Origin: an uncultured Nitrososphaerales archaeon
GTDB lineage: Archaea > Thermoproteota > Nitrososphaeria > Nitrososphaerales > Nitrososphaeraceae
DNA length: 64,000 nt
Reading direction: 5' to 3'
Assembly: GCA_963695855.1 (NCBI GenBank)
Contig: CAVOHZ010000010.1
Span: forward strand, 608,001 to 672,000
Position numbers and translations under genes: made by a program. The notes below the pieces were generated by a model that searched no databases, had not been told where the DNA came from, and saw nothing but the letters and a program-made list of their open reading frames with translations. Shown here piece by piece: positions 38,210-49,148 of this stretch (position 1 is its first letter; each line of letters opens with the position of its first letter).

Positions 38210-39937
38210 CTACCAGTAATTCGCTTTTATTTTTTCTATTGCTCTTTCGTGGTCTGGACCTTGTTTTCTTGCAAACTTTTCCATAGATGACAAAGGAATA
38301 CCTCCTAATGTTTTAGCTAATCCCGAGAAGAAGGTGTTTTTAATTGGATTCTCACGTCCTACCTTTGACATGAACTTCTGAATTCCATGACTGAAATTAT
38401 GTTGCCATGTTTTATACATAACTCCAAGTTTCCCGGCATCCATTGTATTTCCAATATCAAAAAAATCTGATTTTTCAAGTAACCCAATAGGAACAAAAGT
38501 TAATGGTGTAACAGTAAACTTTGAGTCAGGTTGCTCTTGCTCTAGTTCGTGAATTAATCGAATGGTCTCCCAACTGTCATCCATAGTTTCATTATTATCT
38601 AGTCCCATTATGAGTGTAAAAGCAGGAATCCAATAATGCTCATTCAGAGTTTTTACCCCTTCTTTAACTACCCAATGCCATTCTGATGGTTTGAAAGGAG
38701 CTAATTTTCTATCCGCATATTTTCCAATTAACCTAATACTGCCAGTTTCAAATCCACATTGGATTCCGATGAAGTTATCTGGCCCAGACTTTATTATTCT
38801 GGAAATATTTGGGACCAGTCTCTCATCTGCAATCGCACCGGCCAAAGTTCCATGAGTTGGATTGGTGTGTTCAATTCCTGTATCCATAATTCCTTTGAAT
38901 AATTCCTCTATAGCTTCTCTATTTGGTTGCATGTTCTTCGTGGTTCTTGGATTTAATCCATACACGAAAATATCATCGCTTTGTATCCAAGCATTCTTCA
39001 AACCACCATATTTCATATTAATTTCGATTTCTTGTTGTACTTTTTCCACAGGATAATATCGAAGAGGACGTAAAGTAACATCACAAAATTTGCATCCCCT
39101 ACCACAGCCTCGCATCACTTCAATCATCCCATGCATACTAGGATGAACAATGTTAGGAATTTCATCAACAGAAGGTTCATCAGAATAATGGATAAATCTA
39201 CCATGATATTTTCTATCATTTTTTGAAAATTCTTTTATTTCAACCTTAAACTTGTTCCTTTTAAATGGGTTTGCTGTTTCTAAGTCTCCATTTATCAAAG
39301 CATCAAAAAAACTGCCACCTGCCCCATCTATTTCAGGGCCAATACCACCCAAATCGCCCTCTACTATTCCATATATCCCATATTCTTCGATCTTTGCTGG
39401 ATCATAATTATATTGCCAGGTTCCAGAAGCACCAATAACTACCTTCGCTTTACTTCCATTCTTAGCCTTGGCAGAATTTATTTTCATATGTAACTCTCTA
39501 TTATATAATTCGTCATAGGACATCATTGTTTTTCGACCAAATGTAAATGTCATCGTCACAGGCCCCATTCCAAGAGGATCCATTTCATAAGTACCTACTA
39601 CTTCTGTTTCTGGTCCAATAAATTTATCAATATGATCAGGATGTGCAACTACCACATCTTCAGGTTTGTATCCATCTCGAAGAAGAGACGCTTCAACTTT
39701 ACGTAGCCCATAAGGAGCATAGTTTGCGATTCCATTATTATGTCCTATTGGATTACAGATGAAATCAAATAATACTCTTGGAGTCACCTGATTTTTAAGA
39801 ATATAATACCAGAAAGAATCCTTCCTTCTACTATTATCTATAGCTGGGGCACAACCAAAAAATGAAGCTAAAGAGATTCCTCTATAAGGGGACATTAGCG
39901 TACGGTCCGCAGATAAAACTACTTTCGGATATTTCAT
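38210..39937 (-). CDS. B12-binding radical SAM protein, probable GDGT ring synthase (Grs) family
   Basis: CGRGCKFC cluster motif; VVLSADRTLMS, APYGLRKVEA and DPLGMGP recalled as typical of GrsA/B. Confidence 0.75.
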   Translation of the reverse strand: MKYPKVVLSADRTLMSPYRGISLASFFGCAPAIDNSRRKDSFWYYILKNQVTPRVLFDFICNPIGHNNGIANYAPYGLRKVEASLLRDGYKPEDVVVAHPDHIDKFIGPETEVVGTYEMDPLGMGPVTMTFTFGRKTMMSYDELYNRELHMKINSAKAKNGSKAKVVIGASGTWQYNYDPAKIEEYGIYGIVEGDLGGIGPEIDGAGGSFFDALINGDLETANPFKRNKFKVEIKEFSKNDRKYHGRFIHYSDEPSVDEIPNIVHPSMHGMIEVMRGCGRGCKFCDVTLRPLRYYPVEKVQQEIEINMKYGGLKNAWIQSDDIFVYGLNPRTTKNMQPNREAIEELFKGIMDTGIEHTNPTHGTLAGAIADERLVPNISRIIKSGPDNFIGIQCGFETGSIRLIGKYADRKLAPFKPSEWHWVVKEGVKTLNEHYWIPAFTLIMGLDNNETMDDSWETIRLIHELEQEQPDSKFTVTPLTFVPIGLLEKSDFFDIGNTMDAGKLGVMYKTWQHNFSHGIQKFMSKVGRENPIKNTFFSGLAKTLGGIPLSSMEKFARKQGPDHERAIEKIKANYW

Positions 39938-40280
39938 TCTAAATCTTGATCCTAATTATAAAAGGTGAAAATTGCGTAGATTTTAACTTTTCCCAACGTT
40001 ACCGGTGATTTCTTAATGGAATTTTTATTTTGAGTAATTAATGATGTAAAAAGTGGAAGCAGGTATTAAATAGGATTATAATAAGTCTAGTTTATGGAGA
40101 ATAAAGTTAATTGTAATATTTGCAATAAATTAATTGTAGAAAACAATTTAGAAGAACATGTTTCTTCTAAAGAACACATTAATAATAAAAATACTCTAAT
40201 AAAAGAACTAAATTTTAACAAAGATAATCAAGATTTTCTAGAATCATCAGTATCTAAATGGCAAAATTAAGTATGTAGGT

Positions 40281-41045
40281 TCATGCAAGCGATAACACTA
40301 AACTACAAGCGACAACTATCAATGCTATTGAGAAAATTTTTCTCAGCAAGTCTTCTTTGAAAGAATGAAGGTACTTTGACCCAACCTGCGCCCCCAAAAA
40401 AGATCCCGATGCCAATGCAATCCCCAAAAAATATTCGGGGTGCTCCAAGATAATATGAGTTCCCAGTCCGGTAGCTGAGCTTAACAATAATGTAAATTGA
40501 GAAGTAGGACTAGCATTTATCATTTTCATCTCAAAAATAATTACCAAAATTGGTACAAAAATTATACCTCCTCCTACACCAAAAAAACTTGAAATAATGC
40601 CAGCCGTAAATGTTCCGATTACAAATAGTGGGTAAAACATGTATTTAGGAATATGAAAATTAGCAGTATAGATCATTCTATCTTTAAATAATATATAGAT
40701 ACCAACTATTATCAGTAGAACCGCAAAATAGATCTTGAATGAATCTAACGACGCATCTTTTGATAAGAAGCTTCCTATTATTGATCCAGGGATCGCCGGT
40801 ATAGCTAATTTCAATCCCAAAGAATAGTTAATATATTTTTTTTTAATGTAGGTTATGGTTGATGATAAACTGGTTGCTGTCACCGCTAAAAGACTGGAAC
40901 TAGCAATAACATAAGGAGGAAATCCTAGAAACGCAAGAGCAGGGGTCATAATAATACCTCCTCCTACACCTATTAGCGCTCCTAAAAGACCAGCCCCAAA
41001 TCCAATGGTAATTAATAGAATAAAAATAAACTCCAACAAATTCAT
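40281..41045 (-). CDS. TauE/SafE sulfite exporter family membrane protein
   Basis: Duplicated GVGGG..P motifs, about eight TM helices. Confidence 0.9.
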   Translation of the reverse strand: MNLLEFIFILLITIGFGAGLLGALIGVGGGIIMTPALAFLGFPPYVIASSSLLAVTATSLSSTITYIKKKYINYSLGLKLAIPAIPGSIIGSFLSKDASLDSFKIYFAVLLIIVGIYILFKDRMIYTANFHIPKYMFYPLFVIGTFTAGIISSFFGVGGGIIFVPILVIIFEMKMINASPTSQFTLLLSSATGLGTHIILEHPEYFLGIALASGSFLGAQVGSKYLHSFKEDLLRKIFSIALIVVACSLVLSLA

Positions 41046-41275
41046 ACACTAATCCACAATATTTTTCAGTTTGGAAAGCATTGATAACAAAATATTCGTC
41101 AATTCCAAAATATTAAAATCATGTATGTTATTTAATTTTGTTGAAGGAAAAAATATAGTTTTCGATAATAAAACTCATGAGATCATTTTATGGTTAATAT
41201 AATTAGAATATTGTTAGATGATCGGATTATTATAAAATATAAGTATATTATAATTTAGAATAATACTATTCAGCA

Positions 41276-42289
41276 ATGAGAATTATATTAATTGGATACG
41301 GAGTTATAGGTCAAAGTTTTACAAAACTCCTTCTTTCTAAATCAGTCGATTTATACAATCTATACGGAATGAAACCAAGGATAGTTGCTTGCGTGGATAG
41401 TAAAGGATCCGCAGTAGACCAATCTGGACTCGATCTTCAGAGATTGTTAGAAGTTAAGAAAAATACCGGAACTGTAGGAGGATTTGATAACAAGTTAAAG
41501 GCCGTCGATCCTTTACAAATTATAGAATCTGTTGATGCAGAAGTAGTCGTGGAATTGACTCCTACAAATCTAAACAATGGAGAACCAGGCTTATCCCACA
41601 TAATATCGGCAATGAAATGTGGAAAAAATGTCATAACAGTAAATAAAGGTCCGTTATCGGTGGCTTTCCCTTCTTTAATAGAATTGGCAAATTTTAATGG
41701 AATATTGTTCAGATTTAGCGGAACTGTCGGAGGAGCAACACCAATACTAGAATTTGCAAAAAAGTGTCTAAAAGGAGATAGAATTGTATCTTTCAAGGGT
41801 ATATTAAATGGAACAACAAATTATATTTTAACCAAAATGCAAGAAAAGTTGACATTTACTGAAGCCTTAAATGATGCACAAATAAAAGGATATGCAGAAA
41901 CTGTGCCCTCATTAGATGTCGATGGTTTTGATGCTGCTGCAAAATTGGTAATTATGTCGAATTGGTTGATGGATATGAAAGTAACCTTAAATGATGTAGA
42001 GAGAACTGGTGTTACTAAAGTGCAAACATATGAAGTAATAGAAGCAGAAAAAAGGGGGAATTCGATAAAATTGATAGCTAGTTGTGAGAACAAAAGATTA
42101 TCCGTAAAACCAATGGAAGTATCAAAATTGGATCCCATCTGTGTAAGTGGAACATTAAATGCTGTTACGTTTACACTAGAATATGCTGGCGATCAAACGA
42201 TAATTGGGAGAGGGGCTGGAGGAATAGAGACAGCCAGTGCAGTATTAAGAGACATTATAGAAATAAGGGATAATATAATAAATGTATAA
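41276..42289 (+). CDS. hom: homoserine dehydrogenase
   Basis: GYGVIG, NKGP, TVGGATP, GILNGTTNYIL, DVDGFDAAAK, GRGAGGIETASA. Confidence 0.95.
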   Translation: MRIILIGYGVIGQSFTKLLLSKSVDLYNLYGMKPRIVACVDSKGSAVDQSGLDLQRLLEVKKNTGTVGGFDNKLKAVDPLQIIESVDAEVVVELTPTNLNNGEPGLSHIISAMKCGKNVITVNKGPLSVAFPSLIELANFNGILFRFSGTVGGATPILEFAKKCLKGDRIVSFKGILNGTTNYILTKMQEKLTFTEALNDAQIKGYAETVPSLDVDGFDAAAKLVIMSNWLMDMKVTLNDVERTGVTKVQTYEVIEAEKRGNSIKLIASCENKRLSVKPMEVSKLDPICVSGTLNAVTFTLEYAGDQTIIGRGAGGIETASAVLRDIIEIRDNIINV

Positions 42290-42381
42290 AACTTAAAATT
42301 AAATACCTCAAATGTAGACAAAATTGTTTTTTGGTGTCAATGTCAAAAGGATTATTAGCCAGAATTAGACTCCTTAGATAA

Positions 42382-43026
42382 ATGTACAGCGGAGAAATGG
42401 AAGTTCAAGCTAAGAGAAAAGCACTGGCAGTTTTATATGATGAAATTAACAAAATATTAAATTCTGCTAGGGAGTTATCGAATTTGACTGCATCATTAAT
42501 TAACGAAGAAAATGATGATATCAAGACAAGTTTAGAAAGAATTAGAGATACAGAGGATGAAGTAGAAAATATAAGAAAAATTATCCGAGTAGCTGAAATT
42601 GATAGCTTGATGGGATACAGAGAAGATGTTCTTAGATCAGCATACATAATAGCTGATATTGCGGATTATATTAGTGGAATTGCTTTTAGATTGTCTAAAA
42701 TGAACATGTGTGTACTTAAAAAATCAAACTTTGATAAAGATATTAAAACATTAATAGATAAAGCAGTTGATTCTATTTTTAAACTGAATGAAATGGCGCG
42801 TGCATTGAGCATCAATCCTGTAAATACCATTGAATTAGCTCAAGTACAAAAACTAGAGATAGAAGTAGATGCGAAATATAGAAATATGATCATAAAAACA
42901 TTTAACGAAACAGAACATACAAAAGAATTATTACATTTGAAAGACACCGTAGAGGGAATAGAAGGAATGGCTGATAAATGTCAGGAAGCCTCTGATTCCT
43001 TTACAATACTAGCATTAAGCCTATAA
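42382..43026 (+). CDS. DUF47 / PhoU-like phosphate transport regulator
   Basis: Helical repeat with E..VD..YR and EGMADKC motifs. Confidence 0.8.
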   Translation: MYSGEMEVQAKRKALAVLYDEINKILNSARELSNLTASLINEENDDIKTSLERIRDTEDEVENIRKIIRVAEIDSLMGYREDVLRSAYIIADIADYISGIAFRLSKMNMCVLKKSNFDKDIKTLIDKAVDSIFKLNEMARALSINPVNTIELAQVQKLEIEVDAKYRNMIIKTFNETEHTKELLHLKDTVEGIEGMADKCQEASDSFTILALSL

Positions 43027-43030
43027 GGTA

Positions 43031-43585
43031 ATGAAAGATAAAAAAATTATAGGAGAATTAATAGAAAACAGAGTTATAGTTTGGAACATTTTAGAATCTA
43101 GGGATCTGTTTGGTAATGGGTATTTTGGGAAACCTCTGGGAGTTCCCAAACCAAAAGGAATTAATTTTGACTCTCCATTGATACTTGATTTAGTAGAAAG
43201 TTACTATTTGATACAGAAAGGAAAACTTAAAGTTATTTCAAATGACAAGTTATTATCTTTACGCGATTATAAGGAAATATGTAGAAAGCAATATGATAAA
43301 TTCGATTTAAAATATACAGTATTTCAGAATTTGAGAGACAGAGGATATGTAGTATCACCTGGAATAAAATTCGGATGTGATTTTGCAGTATATGAACATG
43401 GTCCGGGAATAGATCATGCACCATTTTTAGTGCAGGTATTAAATGCGGAAGAAGTGATTACGGCTACTAACATTATTTTATCAGGAAGACTTGCTACTAC
43501 AGTTAAAAAACAATTCATAATTGCAATTCCTAAAATGAAGGATAAGAGTGTACAGTTTATAGCGTTTGATTGGTGGAGGGCCTGA
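43031..43585 (+). CDS. endA: tRNA-splicing endonuclease, catalytic subunit
   Basis: GIKFGCDFAVY, GPGIDHA, GRLATTVKK carry the Tyr/His/Lys triad. Confidence 0.95.
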   Translation: MKDKKIIGELIENRVIVWNILESRDLFGNGYFGKPLGVPKPKGINFDSPLILDLVESYYLIQKGKLKVISNDKLLSLRDYKEICRKQYDKFDLKYTVFQNLRDRGYVVSPGIKFGCDFAVYEHGPGIDHAPFLVQVLNAEEVITATNIILSGRLATTVKKQFIIAIPKMKDKSVQFIAFDWWRA

Positions 43586-44084
43586 TATAGCAGTATAATA
43601 ACATCAAGATGTTGGTTTATTCTATGAAAAAAATTTCTTCCAATAAAATTTAATAAAATTCTGACCATTTCCTTGAAATAATTTTCACCAAGAGATTGGA
43701 ATTATGTCATGTCGAATAAAGAATAACGAAACTAATTGATAAATAACAATTATTATTTGGTTATGTTATTTTAACTGTATCATTATTCAAGTTTAAACCA
43801 GCCTTTTACGGTTGTAGCATTATTTTGCGAGTATTAATAAATCTAAATAGTGTGCAACCTAATTAGATTCATCTACGGAAATTTTTTTTTCTAGACTTCT
43901 AAATTCTCTCTAATCATCGCTGATAGTTTTTTATAAATATTATTAATGATAAAATTTATAACACAATTAAAAAGAGGAAAATATCAGAGTAATAAGATGG
44001 TACAGAGTCTAATTTTGACTGAAGAAACCTTATCGTCTTAATCACAAAGATAAAATAAGTCAAATTTCGCATAATACTAAATAC

Positions 44085-44303
44085 ATGAACCGGATAAAGA
44101 GATTATCTAATGAACTTTTAGAGAGGTATCATGACAAATTTACTATTAACTTTGATGAAAATAAAAAAAGTATTTCTGATTTAGCTACAATTCGATCCAA
44201 GATTTTGAGGAACCAGATAGCTGGATACATTACGTCAAAATTAAAAAGGGATGCGGATCAGGAAAAGACTGAATATACTGAAGATCAAACAGAAGGGAAC
44301 TAA
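44085..44303 (+). CDS. rps17e: 30S ribosomal protein S17e
   Basis: FDENKK, SKILRNQIAGYIT. Confidence 0.96.
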   Translation: MNRIKRLSNELLERYHDKFTINFDENKKSISDLATIRSKILRNQIAGYITSKLKRDADQEKTEYTEDQTEGN

Positions 44304-44311
44304 ATCTTATC

Positions 44312-44563
44312 TTGATCACCTTGAATCTTATGGGAGGATTGATATATGCTATTGGTCAAAATACATTAACTATAGATAAATCACAATCATCTATAAAAGA
44401 GATTTTAGACATTTTAAAAAACAAATCAAAAGATAAAAAAATAGTCGATAATAATATCATGATATCTATTAATGGTATAGATTCCAATGTATTGGGTGGT
44501 AGGAATGCCTCAGTTTCTGAGCAAGATAAGATTGTGGCAGTAACAATTGTACATGGGGGTTAA
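44312..44563 (+). CDS. MoaD/ThiS/SAMP ubiquitin-like protein
   Basis: beta-grasp size, SINGID, C-terminal VHGG. Confidence 0.88.
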   Translation: MITLNLMGGLIYAIGQNTLTIDKSQSSIKEILDILKNKSKDKKIVDNNIMISINGIDSNVLGGRNASVSEQDKIVAVTIVHGG

Positions 44564-45110
44564 AAACACCCTTCACACGAGTTTGATCTTAAAAAAAATT
44601 AATGAAAAATATATTTATTGTCATACTTCTTTCGTAAAAAAAGATAGTGATTATCTAAAAATAATAGAAAGAATAAAAGAAGAATGTCCTAAATCAAATA
44701 TCCAAATCATTAACACAAACTTGATTTATAATTTCGAACACATATCTGAGGTTTTAAAAATCTCTCTTTCTGCCAAAGAGAGAGACATTTTGGTTGCTAG
44801 AAAAATTGAGATGGATTTTTTAATGCGGATTATAGGAACCAGTCAAATTTCTGATGCAATAAAAATTGGAGGAATAAAATATGATCAATACAATACACTT
44901 GTTGCTCTAAGTGATGATAAATTGGAAGCAAAAAAAATAAGAGAAAAGTTATATTTATTGTTTGGTCATTCATATGATAAATTATTATTAGACAGCAAAG
45001 AACAGGCAATAAAATTAAATTATTTTAAAAAAGAATTTCAGAATCATCTTCTAAATGAAGGAATAATAATAGATGTGTTAAGAGAAAAAGCTATTTTGGT
45101 TACTTTATAA
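44547..45110 (+). CDS. cgi121: KEOPS complex subunit Cgi121
   Basis: EMDFLMRIIGTSQISDAIKIGG; start uncertain. Confidence 0.8.
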   Translation: MYMGVKNTLHTSLILKKINEKYIYCHTSFVKKDSDYLKIIERIKEECPKSNIQIINTNLIYNFEHISEVLKISLSAKERDILVARKIEMDFLMRIIGTSQISDAIKIGGIKYDQYNTLVALSDDKLEAKKIREKLYLLFGHSYDKLLLDSKEQAIKLNYFKKEFQNHLLNEGIIIDVLREKAILVTL

Positions 45111-45164
45111 TAATTGCAATATTTATTTTTGGATGAATAAATTCAACACTGCTCTTTCGGATCC

Positions 45165-46441
45165 TCAATTTATTTTATGAATAATAATTGAAGGATTTTT
45201 AGAAATAGCTTCATTAAAAGTATACTCATATGCAAAACCCCCAAATGGAGATTTTAGTTTTTCTGTATGAATGATTTTATTTTCATCAGTTATTAAAAAA
45301 TCAAAACTAGAATACCTTAACAGATCTTTATTAGTAGGATGTTGTAGATTCATTACGAAGTTAATTGGAGTCAGAGGAGTGATTATGGGAGGATTCCAAG
45401 AAATTTGAAACAAATATTTTTCATTAGTAGTCAAAATGTCCAAAGGAAATTTTGGCTTTTCCATAGCAAAAATTTTGAAGGGCGTGAGTATTTGATTATT
45501 ATCGTTATTAATTATGTTCTTTAAGTATATTTGCCTTGATAATTGATCTAATTGGTCTTTATTGAGAACCATATAAACAACGTGAATTTGGATCAGTGAA
45601 ATCATCCACAACGATCGACCTTGTTGAAAGATTCTTATCGAAAATTAAACCATTATAATTATTATTTTTTGAAAGATCTAATTTTTTGGGTATTACGAAT
45701 TCTAGATGTAAGAAACGGATTTGTTGAATGTATATTGGGTCCAAATAAACGGCATAAAAAATGATAATGTTTTATTTTCTATATCATAATCAATATTTTT
45801 TATAGAATCATAATAACTCTTTATTATTAATTTTTCCTTTTCCTTATCGTAGTTTATTACATCCAAAAAATAATTCTTTCCAATGCTTATGAATAAGTCG
45901 ATTTTTATGTCGTTATCGAGTTGTAATTCTTTACTAGTTTTTTTCAAAATAACACTAATGTGAAATAAACAGTCGTCTGAAAGAACTTTACTTCTTATTT
46001 TAAAAATATTATCTGGTTTTATATCTATAAGACAACTTCCAGGGTTTAATATGTCCTGAGTTGGTATATTTATAATAGGTTGAAGTTTTTTCTCTGGTAC
46101 GAGGTGAAAGACAAAGAACCCATTACTTGAATTAATACACAAGTTCAAAAGAGATTCTGGGCCAGACTAAATCTTGATATCGTAATCAATATTGGAGATA
46201 GTTTGATTAATTAGTTTATCGAAAATTCTAAGTAAAAACTTTGTATTTGAAAAATCCACAGGATCTTCAATAAATGCCGGAGTTAATGTTGTCTCAACAA
46301 CTATACTTTTACCAGAAATGTCAACATGAACAGAGCTGTCTGTACTTAGGCCATGTCCATAAATATGAATCAAAGAGTTTTGTAAAAGTAGAACGGTGAA
46401 AATGGAGATAACAAAATTATAAAAAAATTTTTATTTCTCAC
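45165..46441 (-). pseudogene. secreted surface protein pseudogene (resembles thaumarchaeal PEFG-CTERM-type proteins)
   Basis: Four ORF-track fragments join through frameshifts and a TAG at 46167-46169: HGLSTD..FFMPFIW/DPIYIQQIRFLHLEFVIPK..VDDF. Confidence 0.7.
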
Positions 46442-46507
46442 CTGATATTTTAGGTTGATAAAAGATATTATTAACTTTCTAAAAATTTAAATTCTTTCTA
46501 CAATTTA

Positions 46508-47535
46508 GAGTCTATCCCAAAATTATCATTCTGTAAACAATATGGTACTAGCTATACTGGCTAACTTAATTGCGTGTATTCTGTGATATTGGAAAATATC
46601 AATTTCAAGTGTAATAAACATTTTTTATCCAAAGAATTTGTAAATGAATTTTTGTTAGCCAGTATAGCTGCACAAGACCAAGATAGTTCGCTTTTTTCTT
46701 TTTATACCTTGTAAATAATTTCCTTAATCTATTATGTCATGAATTTGTTTTTTCTGAAACCCATCTTGTTGCTGGATGTGGCTTATCAATTTTCTTTTCC
46801 TTTCTCCTATGTCTTATGTGGGTTATGTATCCTCACTTAATGATTTCTTGTTCTACTTCTTAGGAATGATATGCCTTATCAAGACATAAATTCTGTTTTT
46901 TCTTTTGTGTATTCTTGTCTTTAGATATTTCCTTTGATGGTGGTTGTCTGTAACAGCCAAGCTATCAACTATATTTATTGGAGCAGTAAAATTATGAGTA
47001 CTGGCAGATGCTATAATAGCTGATAGCGCAATTACATTTTTATCCGTTAAAATATGTTTTTGTTCCTAAGTGGCGTCTATCACTACTATTTTGACATGTA
47101 TTCGTCTTCCCAAAAAATATTTTATAGATATACTGACAAGTGACTGCCATTTCCATTTAACTCCTCTCTCGTCATCATATATTTTTAGTAATCTTGTGCA
47201 TAATTTGACAAATGTACCTAATTGTATATACTCTTGAAATATTCTATTCCATATAGAACATGAACCATATTTTCTTGGTAACATTTTCCACTGACACCAA
47301 GTTCTCGAGACAAACATTATTCAATATAGTACTTTTCTATAGGGAACAATGGAACGACTGATTTTGTTCTCTGGCTTTTCATCTGGTAAAATATTTTTAA
47401 TTCCATTTCACAGATAATCTAGATTACGTGCAATTGTTCTAACATATCATTTTGTCTTATTGATTTTCTTCAATTATTGCTATTATGATAATGAAACCAA
47501 ACTAGCTGGATTCCTATATATTTTTGGGGTAGCTC
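46508..47535 (-). mobile_element. decayed IS5-family element, homolog of 14239-15155
   Basis: End GAGTCTATCCCAAAA at 46508 and degenerate TTTTTGGGGTAGCTC at 47535; broken transposase (CQWKMLPRKYGS, LCLDKAY). Confidence 0.85.
46555..46664. mobile_element. 110-bp MITE with TA target duplication (IS630-like)
   Basis: TIRs TACTGGCTAAC / GTTAGCCAGTA, TA at 46553-46554 and 46665-46666; excision restores the transposase codons LVQLAST. Confidence 0.85.
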
Positions 47536-47586
47536 GAGTTTGAAGCTTTAAGAATATAACGGGGGGAATATAGATGAATAGTAACA

Positions 47587-48246
47587 ATGAAAGGCTTACT
47601 TATTATTTTAGTAATCCTATGTTTTTGTTATTTTAATTTAGAATCTGTTTTTGCTCATGAAGAAATCAAATTAGGAAATATTACTGTGGAAGCTGGATGG
47701 ACGAAGGAACCTCCGTTGTTAAACACCTTGAATCAAATTGTTATATCAATATCTGAGAACGATAATCCGGTGAGAAATGCTTTGAAGGATATGACGGTAT
47801 CTATTCAATATGGAGGAATCTCAAAGCAACTGAGTTTCCTGCCTTCTGATGAATCCCCAGGAATTTACGTGGCAGAAATAATCCCTTCAAAAACAGGTAC
47901 TTATTATATTTATATGAACGGTCAATTAAAAGATCAAAAAATTAAAACAGAATTACAAATTGAGGATGTGGAGGATACAAAACAAATCTCTTTTCCTCCA
48001 GCTATCCAAGATACTTCTGAATCTACAGCAATCATTGGCAACCAAATCAAACCAATAATAAGTGATGTGATTAATCAAATAGATAATTTAAAGAAGGAAT
48101 TAAATTTTACAAATTCATTGTTGCAGGAAGCTTTGAATAAATACGAATCAATTCAGCAAAACATGGATAAAATTAATTTCATTAGCTATATAGCAGTTGG
48201 TTTAGGAACAGTTGGAATTTTGCTCTTTATTTTAAGGAAGAAATAA
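47587..48246 (+). CDS. exported membrane-anchored hypothetical protein
   Basis: Signal peptide VFA|HEE, GWTKEPP, Ig-like region, coiled coil, C-terminal TM plus KK. Confidence 0.8.
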   Translation: MKGLLIILVILCFCYFNLESVFAHEEIKLGNITVEAGWTKEPPLLNTLNQIVISISENDNPVRNALKDMTVSIQYGGISKQLSFLPSDESPGIYVAEIIPSKTGTYYIYMNGQLKDQKIKTELQIEDVEDTKQISFPPAIQDTSESTAIIGNQIKPIISDVINQIDNLKKELNFTNSLLQEALNKYESIQQNMDKINFISYIAVGLGTVGILLFILRKK

Positions 48247-48266
48247 TTTATACCGAATAGTTAATA

Positions 48267-49142
48267 TCATTTTTCTTTGTTGTTTAATATATTCATAACT
48301 TTATACATTTTCTCATATGAATCTTTGATATCATGATATTTTTGGAGAGAAGATTTAATATTTGTTATATTTTGAAATAATTTCAATTCATTTTTGTCAT
48401 TGATTAATTCATTATATTTTTGGTTAATTTTGAAATAATTCAATAATTCTTTTTTAAAGAAATGATTATCAAAAAAAAGTGAATTAATTAAGTCAGGTTC
48501 ATCATTCAAAATGCTCTCAGAAAGAATACACTGAATTTTAAAAGTAGTTCCTCCAAAAGTCAATAAATCATAATAATTCTTCTCGTGCAAAACATCAGCA
48601 AATAAAATATTTACATAATGAGTAAGCCCCAATACAACTGCCATCATCTGATCATGTAGACTTACATTTTTAACCTCTAAAATATTTGATTTAGGAAACA
48701 TATTCTTAACTACCTTAATTTCATTTTCCCGATTTCTTATCGGAATAAATAAAATCTTTAAATCCTTTTCTCTAGACGCTCCTGGACCAAACATTGGATG
48801 TATACAAATAGGAACGATAAAATCTGAGATAATTCTTAACTCTCTAAAGGATTTATTTTTTATAGATGAAATCTCGACAAGCTTAGATGAAGGTTTCATT
48901 AATTTAGAACATGTTTTTATCATTTTGGGGATGACTCTCAAAGGAACGCAAAGAATCACAAGGTCAGAAGTTTCAACACATTGTTGAAGATTATTTTCAA
49001 TTATAATGTTCCGTGCACTTAGTAACGCATTAGTTCTTATATCATATGCTTTTAGTATTACATCTTTTCTATGAAGAAAATATTTTATGAACCAAGATCC
49101 CATTTTTCCGCTAGCGCCGATAATCGATATCTCTGTTTTCAT
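48267..49142 (-). CDS. tyrA: prephenate/arogenate dehydrogenase
   Basis: GASGKMG, ISSIK, IHPMFGPG, HDQMMA..LGLTH. Confidence 0.9.
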   Translation of the reverse strand: MKTEISIIGASGKMGSWFIKYFLHRKDVILKAYDIRTNALLSARNIIIENNLQQCVETSDLVILCVPLRVIPKMIKTCSKLMKPSSKLVEISSIKNKSFRELRIISDFIVPICIHPMFGPGASREKDLKILFIPIRNRENEIKVVKNMFPKSNILEVKNVSLHDQMMAVVLGLTHYVNILFADVLHEKNYYDLLTFGGTTFKIQCILSESILNDEPDLINSLFFDNHFFKKELLNYFKINQKYNELINDKNELKLFQNITNIKSSLQKYHDIKDSYEKMYKVMNILNNKEK

Positions 49143-49148
49143 TAAATG

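Noticed and set aside
40147-40171. Inverted repeat TTTAGAAGAA/TTCTTCTAAA
   Set aside because: Single AT-rich hairpin with no second instance or clear role.
15005-46169. In-frame TGA/TAG codons (15005, 33101, 46167) as Sec/Pyl recoding
   Set aside because: They replace Arg/Gln-type codons in otherwise decaying genes, and no recoding signals or machinery are visible.
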